DNA of 63,826 nucleotides, filler included, from Squatina squatina (lineage: Eukaryota): assembly GCA_031763465.1 (NCBI GenBank). It is 4 parts of 4 records of this genome, joined end to end, with 100 filler letters (N's around TTAATTAATTAA, not from the genome) between each part and the next. Parts side by side here need not be neighbours in the genome. Positions count along the whole stretch, not along the records: positions 15,296 to 31,450 come from JARFOE010000163.1; positions 31,551 to 51,435 come from JARFOE010000192.1; 2 more parts are not named here. One strand, written 5' to 3'. The notes beneath the pieces were generated by a model. It did no database searches and was not told the DNA's origin. It saw only the letters and a program-made list of their open reading frames with translations. How positions within the stretch are numbered: the stretch's first letter is position 1; every line of letters starts with the position of its first letter. Made by a program: the position numbers and the translations under genes. Of this stretch, positions 25,100-38,175 are shown one piece after another.

Positions 25100-26390
25100 T
25101 AGAAAACCAGAGAGGGCAGCCTGGACAAAGATGCAGTTTGTAGGTTGCAGAGTGATTGTAGTTATAGGAGGTGCTTTACTTAGGAAAGTGGATAGCCATG
25201 TGTGTCGTAGGATAATACCGACAGAATGGTGAGTTAGAGCTAGAGCAGTACAAATTAAAGAAAGGTTAGAAAGGATACTGAAGGGAAGCAATGGTAGCAG
25301 TTCATGGACGGGGTAAATTACATAAAGAGAAATAATAACGGGGCCTGAAAAGCCATATATTTGGGGATCAGCACAAAACTGTAAGATAGAGGATGCAATT
25401 GAATGATTCCTGACATGCTTCCAGTGTTTGGAAATGAAGGGGAGTTAATAAAANNNNNNNNNNTGCAGGAAAAAATGGACTAGTACAGGAGAGACAGGCT
25501 GTAATATTCAGGCAGCAGTCGGAACTCATTTAAACCAGATGGACAGGGGTGTGAGGGGAGAGGCATAGAGTTAATAGGTTCCCAAATGAGTCAGATCACA
25601 GGGAAGAAGACAGCTAACAGGTAGTTATGAATACAAATACCCAGAGAGACACAGAGGAGCCAGAGTCCTGGAATGGGCAGACACTGGGGAACATGAGAAG
25701 AATAAAATCGATAATAAAATATATATACAAGACCGCTTGGAGCATTAGAAATAAGATGTTGGAACTGGATACTGTCATGGCTGTTGGGAGCTAACGATGT
25801 GGTGGGTATATCATAAACGTGGCTAAATTCAGAGTTTGGAAATTAACATAACTTTCAGGAGTAGAGGCGCAAGACAAAGTGTCCAGAAAAGGAGATGGTG
25901 TAACCCCATAAGTCAGGGACACCTGGGAGGTAGAGGTTTGCTGAGAAACTTGTTTAAGCCAGTTTTCAGGCACCAAATGGGAGGATTGCGAGAAATTGGT
26001 CCTCCAGGAAAGATGACAGAAACTTGGGGTTTTCAGACTAGAAAGGAGGCATGAGAGCTGCTCTTAAAGAGGTGTATAAGATTGTTAAGGATATAATACC
26101 CACCTATAGAAAAAGTTAACCCAGAATATTACTTTAAATTAAACTGCAGGGGTAGAACAAGGGGACTTAAGTTCAAACTAGGAAAAGGTACTTTTAGGAT
26201 TGATATCATGAAATTTTTGTTCACACAAAGAGGGATCCACATGTGGAATGAATTTCCAGATACAGTGATGGGAACAAAAGCACTGGAATCGTTTAAGAAA
26301 TAACTGGATGCTACATTTAGAGTTGTTAGAGCTCTTTTTATGTGAATAAAATAAGATTGGACGAACAGCCTTGCTCATCTGTAATTATCT
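25100..26390 (+). mobile_element. Old, internally deleted CR1 (ORF1 remnant, APE start and 3' end)
   Basis: VVIGGALLRKVDSHVC at about 25160 (ORF1 SGNH-esterase GDS-like block). SIRNKMLEL..DVVGI..TWL at about 25740-25830. EVYKIVK..RTRG.KFKL..FTQR..HMWN at 26065-26260. Confidence 0.6.
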
Positions 26391-26660
26391 TACAATCCAA
26401 CCCTAAAAGTTGAATTAAACCTATCCTTACCAGCATTTTTGCTAAATGAAAAATAAATCATTGCCATAAGAGGGCATAAAGTTACACTGCTTTATCTATA
26501 ATTAATACAGCATTATTCTCAAACCATTTCACTGTCTTATTATTTAAGTAAAATTGCAAATGGCCACTATTTCTAAAAAATAAATCTGAAGAAATTCAGG
26601 GTCTAAGTTAAATATGGTTATCATAGCTGTAAAAGGAATTTAAATCAAAATTACACTTAC

Positions 26661-26735
26661 TTCTGGATACCTGCACCAGCTCAGTTACATTGAAGACACC
26701 TGAAGTCACAAAGCTGTCCTGAAATTCTGTGTGTT
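26661..26735 (-). CDS. NFIC: Nuclear factor I/C internal coding exon (75 bp, equivalent to human exon 4)
   Basis: Minus strand TCTTTTGCAG|AACACACAGAATTT...GTATCCAGAA|GTAAGT. Translates (E)[24 protein letters not shown](T), matching NFI [22 protein letters not shown]. Phase 1/1 and joins the next exon in frame. Confidence 0.93.
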
Positions 26736-27594
26736 CTGCAAAAGACAAGACACGACAAGTCAATGAACTGATTGTGCCAATGTCACTTCCTTTTCATTGA
26801 TAGGAGATGTGGGCATTGTAAGGCAGGGGGCGGGGGCATTACCTGGAGGTGCAACTTCCCGTCTCCTTAAGGTACAAGACCAAATTTTTGGAACAGGAAT
26901 GATATGGTCCAAACAATAGTTTCAGCAGTGCCATCACAATTCTGCGTTTTTTACATGCTTCACTCTCAATTATCATTACATTATTGGGTTCCATGTCTTA
27001 AAGAGGAAACAGACTAGTATTGAATCATACACACCCTACCATACACATGCACACCAACACCCACCCCCACAAAAAAACACATACAGCCCTCACATACACA
27101 CCANNNNNNNNNNNNNNNNNNNNNNNNNNNNNNNNNNNNNNNNNNNNNNNNNNNNNNNNNNNNNNNNNNNNNNNNNNNNNNNNNNNNNNNNNNNNNNNNN
27201 NNNGCCGAGAATGGCGTTGCGCTGGACCACGGAGGCGTCTCCCGTGGACGCTTCCGCAAAACGGGCCCTGAATGTCCCGCTAGGCGGGACCAACGTTTAA
27301 AACTTTAAAAAAAAACCTTAGCGTCCCGGTAGAGACTATGACCGGCGAGATTGGGGCTCTAACACTACATTAATTTTGGCCCCCACAAATTGAAAATCCT
27401 CAGCATCGGTTACACAGCTCTCCATGAGTTCTACCCAACCTATTTTTCTAAAGTGCTCTTACTATGCTAAATATGATTTACTCCATTTTTTTTTTACATT
27501 TGGAAATGAGGAAAAATCTATCAGAAAATGACTTCTTAAAAAGAATTTAAAAGATCTGAAGCAGCAATGCCAACTCCTGAAGCTGATGGAAATT

Positions 27595-27690
27595 GATGAA
27601 GCAGCTGAAGATGGTTGGGCCCAGGACACTGCCCTGACAAACTCCTGCAGTGATATTCGAGGGCTGAGCTTGGCAAATCATGGCAGAGGC
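27595..27690 (-). mobile_element. CR1-group RT fragment
   Basis: ITAGVCQGSVLGPTIFSCFIN (GVPQGSVLGP motif). Confidence 0.75.
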
Positions 27691-30600
27691 CATCAACTGC
27701 AGTAGCACTGTGCCAAGAACATGGGAGCAATTCCAAAAAAGCTTAAATGGCCTCACCGGGAGGGAGGAAGTAAGTGTGAATCTTTACGCAGAATTTAAAC
27801 TGTGAGCCTTGTGGCAACAACTTAGGGTGTCCTGTCATCACTGTTACGTGCTCGTAAAATGTAAGCATGATACAGTTCCATACCAGTTTAGGAATCACTC
27901 TCTGGTCGTTAGCTATAGACACTCCACCCGTAACAGCACCACCTGTACACACAGTGCAATTTCTTCTCATAGCAAAGGGAAAAGGCACTGTTACTGTTGT
28001 GAGGTGTCCTGATGCTGCAGTTAGTCATGAAAATCTCTGTAGAAGAAGATGGTTTTTAGACAGAGGGCAGGTCACCGCTATCAGGGGAGGACCTGCTACA
28101 ATATAGGAGGCGACTTCATTTGAGGGTGGGGAATAGAGGCTGCAACAATGGAACTTGGGAGAGGTGGCAGGAGATGGCGAGTTGGTGGGCAAATCTCTAC
28201 TGAGGGTTGGTTGTTTGCTTTACTTTCCTCCCTACCGTCCTGATCAACACATTTTAATTTACATGACATTTCCCTGCAGATGAAGAAACCTCAATTCAAG
28301 TCCGCATTAACCTTTCTGTTTGTCCATCTTTACATCGTCACAGGAACTACACAGCAACCAGAGACCAGGCCCTCCACAGTATCAACAGGAAGCAGCTCAA
28401 AAAATTATTGTTGGGGGATCAATNNNNNNNNNNNNNNNNNNNNNNNNNNNNNNNNNNNNNNNNNNNNNNNNNNNNNNNNNNNNNNNNNNNNNNNNNNNNN
28501 NNNNNNNNNNNNNNNNNNNNNNNATTTATTTGTAACTTAGCCTTAATTATATGATCTGATGGGGTAGAATACTTCTGGATAACAATGGGGTACTAGTGGC
28601 ATCCCTTGCTATTCTTCAATGATAAATTACTTGGTAAAAGGGAAATGATTAACCCTATGGCACATCAGTCCTTTCACTTCACAGATAGCTTTAGAAGCTC
28701 TGAACTGTAGCAGACATGGATCCTCCTCAAGCAGCTGCCTTTAACAGTGAGCGTGTAACTGTATGAAACTGTGTGGCAGAGGAGCCAAACATCATTGCTT
28801 TAATATGGCACCCAAAGGGTGACTGACAGAACAAGCAGCACTCCTGAAGTATTCACACCCTCTCTCTCTCCCCTCACACATGGAGTCTAGTCAGTAAACT
28901 CCAAATCTGTCATGAAGTCTAGTTAGAAAGACTGATGGAATTGCGAACAACATCGTCATGCTGGCTGTGATGCCTCTGACAATTAACGATCCTTGCTAAA
29001 CCTTACTTTCACAAATTTTCAGCACTAATAATCACCACTGAAAAATATTATGTTGCTTGCACATCAAGAATTAATGACAATTTTTTCTCTTATAGAAAAG
29101 AATCCTGCACGGTTCTAAAATAATTGAGTTAGTGTAAATTCAGGCTGGGAAGGACCGCACATGTGACACACAGAGAGTTGTGGTTACAGAAACTAAGTAA
29201 CTGTCATCTCCTGGAAAAGCTTACAAAAGAGGGCTCAGTTGTAATTCAGCACAAAGTTGAAACAAGGTCAATCTAAAATTACGTCAGCCCCTAAAGAAAT
29301 ATGTTATCATGTTAACTGTAATGTAAATCTGGTTTGTGGTAGCATTTTGGCATCCAGAGGCAACATGGGTTACGGCAGATAACACACTGTATCACCCACA
29401 CTAGGTTTCACACTAACAGTTCTGCCCACAAGAAAGGAATAACTACTTCCCGTCCTTCGGCTTCCCGTCATCAGACAGATACTGGGGGTGCTATTTAAGC
29501 ACAGGTACATCCTCTTCTCTGTGACCTTTCCCCTCCCACGGATTCCTGTTTGGATATCTTGTGCAATGCTTTGGTGTCTATTTTCTCAGCAGCACAGGTT
29601 ATTCGGTCATCATGCAACAGTTAAACGCTACTGCCTGCAACTATACTTTGTGAACTTTCCAGTGACTTTTTCTTTGCTATCAGTTAACCACATCAAAAGT
29701 TCAGTTTTCTGNNNNNNNNNNNNNNNNNNNNNNNNNNNNNNNNNNNNNNNNNNNNNNNNNNNNNNNNNNNNNNNNNNNNNNNNNNNNNNNNNNNNNNNNN
29801 NNNNNNNNNNNACTGTGCTGGAGAAGAACCTCAACAGGCATGGGTGGCGCAAGGTTTTCAGATGCTGAAATAAACAATGGTACAAGTTACTTTTTTTAAT
29901 CTCAAAAACGGTTACTCTAGTTTAACAATGAGATTAAAAAGGTAGCAAAAAAATGATCAGTATTTAGGTTGTTAGAGCCAATTTAAAATGCAAAAATAGG
30001 GTACAACTATAACAGATTCCAGTTTAAGAGCAGTTAAGTGCTTTTAAGTGTCACAAAGCCAGTTTACTGTCGGTTCTGGTTTATTCATAGACAGAACTCA
30101 CTGTTTTCTGAATGCGGGTTAATTTTACAGTTAATAGNNNNNNNNNNAACAGTCAACTCTTTGCTAAGATTAAAAATGAAGCTTAAAAAGTTTCCTTCAC
30201 ACAAGTCAAATAAACTACAAGATACTTCCTCTAGGCCCTACTTATCTAAATTTAGGTTTTGGCATCGCCACAGCTGAGCGACACTATGCAGTTTGCATCA
30301 AAATAAAACAAAAACCACCTCAAAACAAAAAATTTGCAGTGTAACTGTGGTTGTGCAGTTAAGTGAATCAATTAAAAAAAATCACCCAATCTGCACTGAC
30401 TTCTTGGAATGCCCGAAATGTGGGGAAAATTGGTCATGGACACACCTGCAGCAATTCCATGGCACAGTGCTTTGGTACATAATAGCACTAGAATCCTCCA
30501 ATTAATCCTCCAAATAATGAAAAAGTAAAACATCTTGGTATTACACAACACTGGGGCTTTCAGTACACTTGCCCATGGAGTGATAGGGCTGGAGTTCATA

Positions 30601-31450
30601 TCTACCGTTCCCACTGAATCTTTCAATCTCAGGCCTTCCATTCCAGTGAGGCAATAAGAAGAGGCTTGGTGCTTTCAGGTGGCAGGGAAGAAAACCGAGG
30701 GCCAGTCAACCTAGATCACTTCCACATACATTCCAATAGCTAAATATTGATCAGTGTTGGCAGAGGCACCGGTGCAAGTTTTTAAGCCGGTCTTCTTGGC
30801 CAAAAAATGTTGTTTGCCGTGAGGAAAGACAGCAATATGGAAAAAGGAAACAAATTCCGAAAAAGGAGGGGGCAAAAATTAACTTTGCAGCAGTATTTAT
30901 CTGCTACTTTATCTTTGCTGCCAAGATAGGGCCTTCCTCCCAAAGTGTGGTGACAGGATGCTCACAGAGGTGTGAGCCAGCATGAGAGTTTTGCTTTAAT
31001 GTTGTGTCAGCTGTGTAGTGTCGGCATGCTTTGTTCGTGTCTTTGGCGCCATACAGAGCTCAGCGGCAGTTATCAGACATCAGGTGCTATGGTTACAGCT
31101 GTGCGGTCACTACTGCTGAGTGCTAGTGTGCAGCTGTTTGAATTTTTTTCAAATTGTCAGTGGCTTGTGCGAAAGTAATTCCGGTCAGGATGTTATCTCA
31201 TGTACGCGGAATGAGTTGTCCCGTTATTAGCCATGCTGTTTAAATTGGATTTATTAATCCTGAGGTGTGTTTCGGAGAATTCTCTATCAGGCCAGTTATA
31301 CGACACAGTTTGTGCCTATGTGAGGTGGTTTTGACTTTGAATCAGTGAATATCTGCAAAATATGTAGTGTAATTTAATGTGTGAATTCGACCAGATTGCA
31401 CGGTGATAAACAATATGCGTAGTATATACTTCAGCTTCGTAATGGCTACA

Positions 31451-31550
31451 NNNNNNNNNNNNNNNNNNNNNNNNNNNNNNNNNNNNNNNNNNNNTTAATT
31501 AATTAANNNNNNNNNNNNNNNNNNNNNNNNNNNNNNNNNNNNNNNNNNNN
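31451..31550. other. Artificial scaffold linker 44N-TTAATTAATTAA-44N
   Basis: Same structure, core at 31495-31506. Confidence 0.95.
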
Positions 31551-32869
31551 ATTCACTGCATTTACTTTTCAGAGTGGAGTTTAATACTGTAGTGCATGGT
31601 GGCCATGTCTCTTGTGTCTTGCTGCTTCTCCTGTATTTGCTAAGAAATAGCATTTCATTATTGATTGTACACCAAGTTATTTCAAAGTACCTCTTGCTCA
31701 CATGCATGGAAATTTTGTACTGCGTATCTTTGAGTTCATGAAATGCAGTTTAGGCTTCACAAGGCGATATCCCAGGAGTGCCATTGGCCAGAATGAATTC
31801 ATACAAGTGATGGGAAGCTATCTTGTCTCAATTTGCTTTGGCTTTGCGCTGAGGTGTAACTTCCGTCGGTAGAAAGTAAATTTCAAAAATAGTTCTGAGG
31901 CAGTCTGTAAAGTTTTAAAAAGGTGCTTGAGCTGACTGATTTAAGTGAATAGCTGACTGTCCCATTAGCATTTTGTTGACTTCAGTTCCAGATATTGGAA
32001 CTTTGCATATGCTTTGCCGCACCAGAGAACTATGAAGTCTGGTGTTGCATCACTTTAAGCGGGTTGCAGCCTCAAACTTGTACCAATAGTATAAGACCAC
32101 TCGTCGTCTCTTCAAAATAATAACTCTCGCTCGCAACGCCATGATGCTTCAACATAAATTAAGCTGGACTGGATACCGTGGATATTAGGAATCAGCTGTT
32201 AGATTTGTTTTCAGTCGTGTCTACTCAAAACTAATAAACATTAAAATTAACGAAACTGACCCTTTTTAAGATTCCTCCTGAAGGCATTTCCTGTTACGTT
32301 GTCATGATACGAAGATTGTAATTTATCATGGCTTACATCCAGTCCCGTTCGGCAAAATAAAATGGGCGACAGTTTCATCAAAGCTCCTGTTAAACAGGAT
32401 ATACAGTGAAGCAGTCAATCAGCCTGCAATCTTAACAAGCTCTTAATGTAGTGTGTTTTGAAACTCAATGAGTGATTTGTGATATTTAGTCTCAATACTG
32501 TGTCAGTAATTGTCTCCATAATAATCCTTGGAGTCACCCTTTTTTTGCCAACAGTTGACACAATGCATCATGTGTTGCTGATGGAGCATGTATTGTGACA
32601 TGTCCACCTCAAAATACTAATTGTTCCGATCAGTTCAATCCCACCTACTTAACAAAATGAATTACCAGGTGACGAATCACATATCTGTGCAGTCAACAAA
32701 ATAAAAAGTCAAGCCAACTTGTGCACATAACTTTTTTCAATCGTAATACTTAGAAAACAGAATTGAATCTTGGTACTAAAGTGTGTGTGTGCATATGCTG
32801 ATACTTGTGTAAAAATATGATTTATATATATCTGATATTAAATCCATTCACTGAGGCAGAATTGTTTTC

Positions 32870-33160
32870 GGGATCTGGTTGGTTATGTTGCTGGACTAGT
32901 AATCCAGAGAATGTGATTTCAACTCCCAGATTGGCATTTGAGAATCGGATTTCATTTTTTTTTAAAAACCGTTATCGGTAAAAGTGATCATGAAGCTGTC
33001 AGATTGTTGAAAAGACCCAACTGGTTCACTGCTGACCTGCCACCCCTACTTACACGGGACTCCAGGCCCACGTATGTGGGGGACTCAGTACTCTCGGAAA
33101 CTCAGGGTTGGCAATTAATACAGTCTTGTCAGCATCTTCTACATCCCACCAACAAATAAA
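32870..33160 (+). mobile_element. Decayed tRNA-derived SINE with a LINE-like 3' tail
   Basis: ctggactagtaatccagag head and a gtgatcatgaagctgtcagattgttgaaaagacccaactggttcact body. The tail resembles 33847-33946. Confidence 0.55.
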
Positions 33161-33846
33161 CAAAAGTCTGAACGACATGACCTCACTGGAAGCAGCCGCA
33201 TATAACACGACATGCCCATATTCAGAGAAGGGTCCTAAAAATAATAGTCCTTCGTGTGGATAAATTCTCCTCTAGGCTGATGCTTCAATTTGTGCATCGG
33301 AGCGACTCCTGGCCACGACCAGAAGCTATGCAAACTAAAAAATAACGGGCAAATTTAAAAAATAATGTTCACAACGGCTCATATAGCTCTGCAGTTGAGA
33401 GCCCCCAAACACCCCAGCTCAGCAGAAAGACATTTTTAAGCGCTCGGTAANNNNNNNNNNCCCTGCATTGTCAACTTCAAAACAATTAACTGATTTTATC
33501 ATTTGTCAGGGATGTCAGCCCGGGAGCTGTTCGGAGAAATGCCTGATCAGAAACACTGAGGCAGATCACACAATCCCCTTTCAAACAAGTGGCTCGTACC
33601 TGAATAAATTCAACAATTAATAAATGAACAAGATTCTTTTTATCCACTTCTTTATCCCTCATTGTGTGAAGCTCAGCGAGAACTAACAAAAACAAACACT
33701 GGAANNNNNNNNNNNNNNNNNNNNNNNNNNNNNNNNNNNNNNNNNNNNNNNNNNNNNNNNNNNNNNNNNNNNNNNNNNNNNNNNNNNNNNNNNNNNNNNN
33801 NNNNNNNNNNNNNNNNNNNNNNNNNNNNNNNNNNNNNNNNNNNNNN

Positions 33847-33946
33847 CATGACACTGCAACGGATCAAGAAGGTAGCCCACCTTCTTAGGGCAACTCGGGA
33901 TGGGCAGTAATGCCGGTCTGGCCAGGGATGCCCACATCCCAAGAAT
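33847..33946 (+). mobile_element. CR1-group LINE 3' end
   Basis: LQRIKKVAH.LL followed by gggcaactcgggatgggcagtaatgccggtctggccagggatgcccacatccc. Confidence 0.65.
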
Positions 33947-36900
33947 ACATTTTCTTAAGCTTGACTTTGAAATTCAACAGTCGTGCGGTGTCTGTGATTC
34001 CAGTACTTATTTAAAAATCTTTGGCTTAAAGAAGTGTTTGACAAATCTCATAATTTGTTTTGGTGTTATTGATATTTCCTATTTAATAACTTTTTTTGTA
34101 ACCCTAATAACTCAAGCTGCTATTTGTGAGTGCAACGTTACAGGCAGTGGATGATTTTAAATGGCGCCTGTAGTGTATGCTGCCAATGCGAACCTGGATA
34201 AATGCATTAATCATCTGTGATTTACAGTCGAACCCAGGAACAGAAATTGCAAAATGTAATTTAGCTTTGAGACTTGAATTAATGTTTTCTAATGGGTAGA
34301 AGGCTGTGTAAGATTTATTAGTCCCACTACTGGAGGTTTTGATAAACGTAATAGGCACTTAGAAATGATATACTGTGGTGAATAGCAGGAAGGGAAACTA
34401 AAATAAGTTCTCCGAAGAAGGATACAACAGCCTTTATTTGACATGTGTGTGTGCTTTTGTTCCTGGGAGCACACTGTAAGGCAACAATGAAAACTCAGCA
34501 GTGCAGATGTCTGCATTTCCTCGCACCAGTTTTTGCAAGTGTTAAAGTGGGTAATAAATTCATGAGCTGGTGAGCTGAGCAACCGATTTTGAAAATTGGC
34601 ATTTTTTCTGATTTGCTTCCAACAAAAAGTACCTTTTAAATTATTTTTTTTAAAGTAAAGTTTAATGAATGTATCCTAGGGCTGATTTTTTTTACTTGGG
34701 CATTATTTCATTTTGTTGTCATACTTAGAAATTAATATCTGAGAAATTGAAATGTTCGTTTTGATACAAGCACGAGCTAATATTTCAAGGCCTAAAGACA
34801 TGGCCTTTTGCTTTGTTGAATTTCTGTCTTGCAAATAAACATTGCAGGGATATAATGACAGCACCGAATCAACAGTGCATGTGCAGTTGTTAAGCTGCAA
34901 TTGTGACTTGAAGGTTCCAGCTGCAGAACTTCTCTGACATCAAGTGAACATGTACACCATAGAGGGCAGCATGTGCAAACATCACTCTGCTCGCCATAAC
35001 CAGTGGTGCCTAAGCCCACTGGAGCAACCATTTATTTGCTTCCAGTGCTGCTTTGCCTCTCGAAGCCCCTCAAAAACTCAACTGTTGGGTCAGCTTTGGT
35101 ACCATGAGCTGGGATGCCATTTGCTCCTTAATTTATTATGGTGATGTTCTCTGAAGATAGAAATATAGCAAAACAACCNNNNNNNNNNNNNNNNNNNNNN
35201 NNNNNNNNNNNNNNNNNNNNNNNNNNNNNNNNNNNNNNNNNNNNNNNNNNNNNNNNNNNNNNNNNNNNNNNNNNNNNNNNNNNNNNNNNNNNNNNNNNNN
35301 NNNNNNNNNNNNNNNNNNNNNNNNNNNNNNNNNNNNNNNNNNNNNNNNNNNNNNNNNNNNNNNNNNNNNNNNNNNNNNNNNNNNNNNNNNNNNNNNNNNN
35401 NNNNNNNNNNNNNNNNNNNNNNNNNNNNNNNNNNNNNNNNNNNNNNNNNNNNNNNNNNNNNNNNNNNNNNNNNNNNNNNNNNNNNNNNNNNNNNNNNNNN
35501 NNNNNNNNNNNNNNNNNNNNNNNNNNNNNNNNNNNNNNNNNNNNNNNNNNNNNNNNNNNNNNNNNNNNNNNNNNNNNNNNNNNNNNGAATTTCATTCTGT
35601 GTGCTGTCGAGTACAGGAGCAGCGAGTGGTGGGGCCACTAAATTTGATGATCTTTTCCGACTTCTTTTGTGCAGGAAGGCTCTCCAATTAAATTTGCCTG
35701 TTGAGCTAAGCAATGACTAACTCCATTTCTTGCTGAGTGCAGATAAGCTGCCAGCTGGAGATGGAAGGGATGATAAGATCTGTCCTGGGCTGAAAGACTG
35801 CAGTCTGATGTGTACGAGACAAGATGATAGGGCTCTCCCAAGATCATTTTTCATGCAATATGTGGCTTTATCCAATTACATTTATTTATGCTCTTTAGAA
35901 ATATTGTTCTGAAAAGCAATTGGTCTTGAGAATGGGACATGTAAAATGATTACAGCCCTTGCTGCATTCATTCTTTTCATAACTAAAGTAAATAGAGGTC
36001 ATTGCTTAGCTACCTTGAGGCAGTTAAAAATGATTACCAAACCATTCTCCTGCTTTTCAATTTGAAGTCGAGGGTCTTCGTAGCAGAAATATACTTTATT
36101 ATAATGATCTGACAGAAATAAACCTATTAAAGTAACAAAAAGAATCAGATGCCGTGTTGAACAAAGGCACTTGAACATAAGTTATAATAAGTTTCATTTT
36201 TAAAAGCTCCACTCTAAATTAATCCTGCCTTTGTGCTGAAAGGTCTTTGTGCTGGCATTATTTTGTATTAGCACAGGTTTATGTGGAAAGGTTGGAGTAG
36301 CTTGTGAAATGTGTTCGTGTGACTGCAGTGCACTCTGAGCAGGCTTCAAGTTGGAATCGGGGAAGAAGTTAATTGTTTTTATCCATTCAGATTCCAGGTT
36401 GGAACCCAGAGGCTACACAAACAGTAATGCCAACTCGCGACATTTCTGGCAGAATTGCTACAGTTTGGATTTCAGCGCCTCTTCCAAATTTAAATTTTGT
36501 TACGCTGTTTCAAATTGGCATTAAAATTTGTTTCCAACTGTATTGTTCTGCATAATGCCATGTTTTATGATAATATTACTGCCACAATGTCATCTAACTT
36601 CCCACTTCCCATACCGTAAAAATGGAAAAGCATTCAGGTGCAAAGGTATGTATCTAAGTATTTATTTGGGATGAGGCCAGAATATTCCTTTCATGAGCTG
36701 GCCAGCAAATATCAGTTTGTCCAACGCAAGTTATACTATTCCTTGCAAAAGCACCACTACCTCCAGTCTACAAAGTCCAATATAAAATCTATACTCCGAG
36801 AGCCCGTCTTGATACATTGAGCTCCTGCCAACTCCATCCCCTAAAGCCTTGCACAACTCCAGTATCTACCCTAATCTATCATCTGAGAACACGGAACAGC

Positions 36901-38005
36901 TACGGGATTCCTGCATAAGACCAAGGCAGCCTCTTGCAGTCAAAGAATAGGAGGGATTTGGAAACTTTCACTTCAGAGCTTGCGATGCCACAGAAGGTAG
37001 GGGAGTCAACTCCGTGTAATGAACTGACAACACTGCTTCTCGAATTTGATTCTCCCTCTTCGAGCAATGTCGCAGGTATTTTGGTTCGGGGACACAATGC
37101 TGGACACATTCTGGTCTAACTGGTGGTTACAGCACTAGTGGATAGAGGTTCCAAAGGTTACCATTGTCGAGATGATCTTGGCAGTTTCCCAAGATCTCGC
37201 TGTGCCTTCTCATCACCCTACACAGATGACCGTATCAATCTCACTACCTGCAGTAAGAAGGTGTAAGCTTCTCGACAGCACAATCCAATCCTACGAGAAC
37301 TAACTGTGGACAAAATACTTGCAGAACATTTGCATCACTAAATCTTCTGGGCCCAATTCCAAGCCTCCCAAGTTCCAGATTGTAGGAAGTATTGTGAGGA
37401 TGTTCGTTCTCTGAAGCAGGGGTTTTTAAGCCTCAGTTGAACCCTGTGTCTCTCTTGTATATTTTTCTGGCTCCCTAAAATCCAGTGCAATAACGGGATT
37501 TTACTTGATGGGCCGATGTTGTGAAAAGACCGAAAGAAACTGAACTGGAAAAATGAAAGGGGGCATGAGAAGAGGAGTACTGGAATGACAGCAAGTGTAT
37601 GGGATTCAAAGTTAGTATTTTTCAGTCAATGATACCTCCAAATAAAGTGTACCTACCTGGGTGTGGCGGTGGGAAGAATGGGGAAAGCACTGCAGTTACT
37701 TAATAATATTTACCAGAAGTGTTAGTTGAATTCAGGAATGGGAGAGAAAAATATTTTGAAATACAAATCGTAAAACTACTGGGGGGCTTTGTAAAAGAAA
37801 ATAAAGGGAAAAAAGTTGACAACTGGACCTACTCGAACAATCTGTTATCAGGAGTAGTAAAACACCCAGGGGACCCAATTGGTCTCTTTTTGCGTGCTGT
37901 TTGTGNNNNNNNNNNNNNNNNNNNNNNNNNNNNNNNNNNNNNNNNNNNNNNNNNNNNNNNNNNNNNNNNNNNNNNNNNNNNNNNNNNNNNNNNNNNNNNN
38001 NNNNN

Positions 38006-38175
38006 ATCTCTTGTGCGGGACCTTGTCAAAAGCCTTCTGGAAGTCTAAATATACCACATCCACTGGTTCACCCCTATCCACTACTAGTTACATCCTCAAA
38101 ACAATTCCAGAAGATTTGTCAAGCATGATTTCCCTTTCATAAATCCATGCTGACTTTGACGAATCATGGCACTGC
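38006..38175 (-). mobile_element. CR1 RT fragment
   Basis: DRGEPVDVVYLDFQKAFDKVPHKR. Confidence 0.88.

Noticed and set aside
30572-30641. Possible NFIC exon 3 (SSPITPW resembles SKPITL)
   Set aside because: Similarity is weak, there is no good acceptor at the expected 72-nt distance, and it would need a GC donor.
35090-35713. Long ORFs containing X runs (here and elsewhere)
   Set aside because: Their length comes from N gaps.
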